From: a virus
Taxonomy: Duplodnaviria > Heunggongvirae > Uroviricota > Caudoviricetes
Length of the DNA: 64,000 bases
Strand: one strand, 5' to 3'
IMG/VR virus record: IMGVR_UViG_3300044673_000278
Location: 32,001-96,000 of that record
In this document: positions 62,674 through 64,000 of the stretch, piece after piece
Position numbering within the stretch: position 1 is the stretch's first letter
Layout: each line of letters opens with the position of its first letter
Notes under the pieces: generated by a model
What the model was told of the DNA's origin: nothing
The model's input: the letters and a program-made list of their open reading frames with translations, nothing else
Databases searched by the model: none
Made by a program: the position numbers and the translations under genes

Positions 62674-63684
62674 TTACTTGCTTTGTCTTGCGCGAATCAT
62701 TGCAAGAATGTCTTCGGCTTTCTGTGCAGGCTTGGCTGCGGATTGCACAGGTGCTGTAGCAGCAGGTGCATCGTCCACATCAAATGGAGGATCTTCTGCA
62801 ACTGGAGCAGCCTTGGTCACTGCGGGTGCTGCTGCACGTGGTGCAGGTGCATCTTCATCAGTGTGTGCTGCGCCGCCGCTGGAACCAGCAGGGGCCTGCA
62901 GACCAGCAGGACGGTAGTACTGACCCCAACGATCGGGATCATAAGGTTGACCGTCAACACTTGCTTCGAACATTTCCTTGATCACGCGAAGCTCAACGTC
63001 AGTGGGCTTCTTGGGCAGGAATGTGCTCAAGTCAAACAGACCGTGTGCTTCCACAGCAGCTTGTTCTGCTTCTGTGAGTGCAGACTCTTTACGTGCCCAC
63101 TTAGAAGTGTTGTAGTCAGCATAACCACCTTTGGAGGTCTTGGTAATGCGGAAGTCCAGACCACGCATGTAGTCGGTTGGCAGTTCTTCCAGATCAGGAT
63201 CCATCAGTGCGGATTTGATCAGGGTAAACAGTTGAGGTCCGATAATGAATTTACGGATTGGGTTTTCGGGAGTGACGTCATCACTCAAGGGGTTCTCACG
63301 AACAAAGCCTTGGAAAATGTAGCTGCGCTTCTTCCAGTACTTGCGACCCATTTCTTCAAGGCTCTTGTCCTTGAACCAGGTACGCACTTCGGTGAGGATA
63401 GGACAGGTTTCGCCCCACATTTCCACGCAAGGGACCTGAACCATAACTTGTTTGGATTCCATTTCGCCTTTGATGCCCGAGAAGGGTAGACGAATCATTG
63501 CTCGTTCTTGCCAGAAGAACGTGTTTTTGGGGTTGCCGTCTGGAAGAAAACGGAGTGTGGCGCTTTGGCCTTCTTCCATGTTCCAGTGAGGGTAAATCGA
63601 GCGATCGCCGCCGCCTCCGGAACTGTCTTTGCCTTTTGTTTCAGCTGCCTGTAGTCTTGCTCGAATTTCTGCTAATGATGCCAT
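62674..63684 (-). CDS. single-stranded DNA-binding protein (T4 gp32-like)
   Basis: LRFLP, C......CPI, KRSY, G.DF.I.K..KGGYADY..S; TAAGGAG SD; upstream of uvsX. Confidence 0.9.
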   Translation of the reverse strand: MASLAEIRARLQAAETKGKDSSGGGGDRSIYPHWNMEEGQSATLRFLPDGNPKNTFFWQERAMIRLPFSGIKGEMESKQVMVQVPCVEMWGETCPILTEVRTWFKDKSLEEMGRKYWKKRSYIFQGFVRENPLSDDVTPENPIRKFIIGPQLFTLIKSALMDPDLEELPTDYMRGLDFRITKTSKGGYADYNTSKWARKESALTEAEQAAVEAHGLFDLSTFLPKKPTDVELRVIKEMFEASVDGQPYDPDRWGQYYRPAGLQAPAGSSGGAAHTDEDAPAPRAAAPAVTKAAPVAEDPPFDVDDAPAATAPVQSAAKPAQKAEDILAMIRARQSK

Positions 63685-63703
63685 AGTATTTTCTCCTTAA
63701 TAA

Positions 63704-63751
63704 GTTGCCTATGTAGTGTTGCCTATCTAAAAATTTAGATCTAAGTTGCCT
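63704..63751 (-). repeat. three AGGCAAC direct repeats in the gene 32 leader
   Basis: GTTGCCT at 63704, 63718 and 63745 on the + strand. Confidence 0.8.
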
Positions 63752-63821
63752 GTGACACACAAACAAGAAAGCGCATACACCCAGTAAGTATATGCGCCTT
63801 GTGCCTTGGTGTCAATACTAT

Positions 63822-64000
63822 TTATGTTCTTTTGACAAAAGCTAATTTTTTCAGTCTGTCCAGATCTTCGTAGAAGCTGTCTGTGACTGCACCGCGGTGA
63901 TCCATGGGATCGGTTGAGTCTTCCGCTGCTACTTGTCGATCTTTGACGATTCTGTAGGTTCCCATTTTGGTCTTGACTACTCTGCCGCCAAACTCATTGG
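63822..64000 (-). CDS. 3' end of a gene running in from the right edge
   Basis: Open frame ...NEFGGRVVKT...DLDRLKKLAFVKRT*. Confidence 0.6.
   Translation of the reverse strand, partial: NEFGGRVVKTKMGTYRIVKDRQVAAEDSTDPMDHRGAVTDSFYEDLDRLKKLAFVKRT

Noticed and set aside
62656-63489. 277-aa plus-strand ORF
   Set aside because: Antisense shadow of gene 32; its Cys-richness comes from reversed Ala codons
1-64000. Bacterial chromosome or prophage origin; alternative genetic code
   Set aside because: Host-like genes are interleaved with T4-type gene 32/uvsX/uvsY/uvsW, PAAR and TATAAATA promoters; no integrase; known genes are full length in the standard code

Overview
A 64-kb segment of a large lytic T4-like (myovirus-type) dsDNA phage using the standard genetic code, with genes mostly on the minus strand. 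The iscU, iscA and clpX copies look proteobacterial, so a proteobacterial host is likely (inference). The window holds: (i) replication/repair genes (gp32 SSB, UvsX, UvsY, UvsW, gp41-like helicase, primase, gp62-like clamp-loader subunit, ATP-dependent ligase, PD-(D/E)XK nuclease, UvsE, and a 192-aa 'mini' DnaE); (ii) nucleotide metabolism (class Ia nrdAB, glutaredoxin, dCMP deaminase); (iii) host-like auxiliary genes (clpX, rpsU/bS21, hsp20, clpS, iscU-GNAT-iscA, ugd, two amidinotransferases, a radical SAM protein); (iv) a ~9-kb glycosyltransferase/methyltransferase cluster; (v) virion genes (PAAR, fibre/baseplate proteins, probable head proteins); (vi) two early regions of small ORFs with their own sigma70-like promoters. 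Non-coding signals read directly from the DNA include many promoters ending only 5-8 nt before an SD-less ATG (predicted leaderless mRNAs), a ROSE-like thermometer on hsp20, a promoter-driven structured RNA candidate at ~12.0-12.16 kb, an 18-bp palindrome shared by two early promoters, and a repeated gene-cassette junction. No tRNA, rRNA, CRISPR array, integrase or transposase was recognised. All product calls come from motif recognition by eye, not database searches, and many start codons were moved relative to the ORF track.
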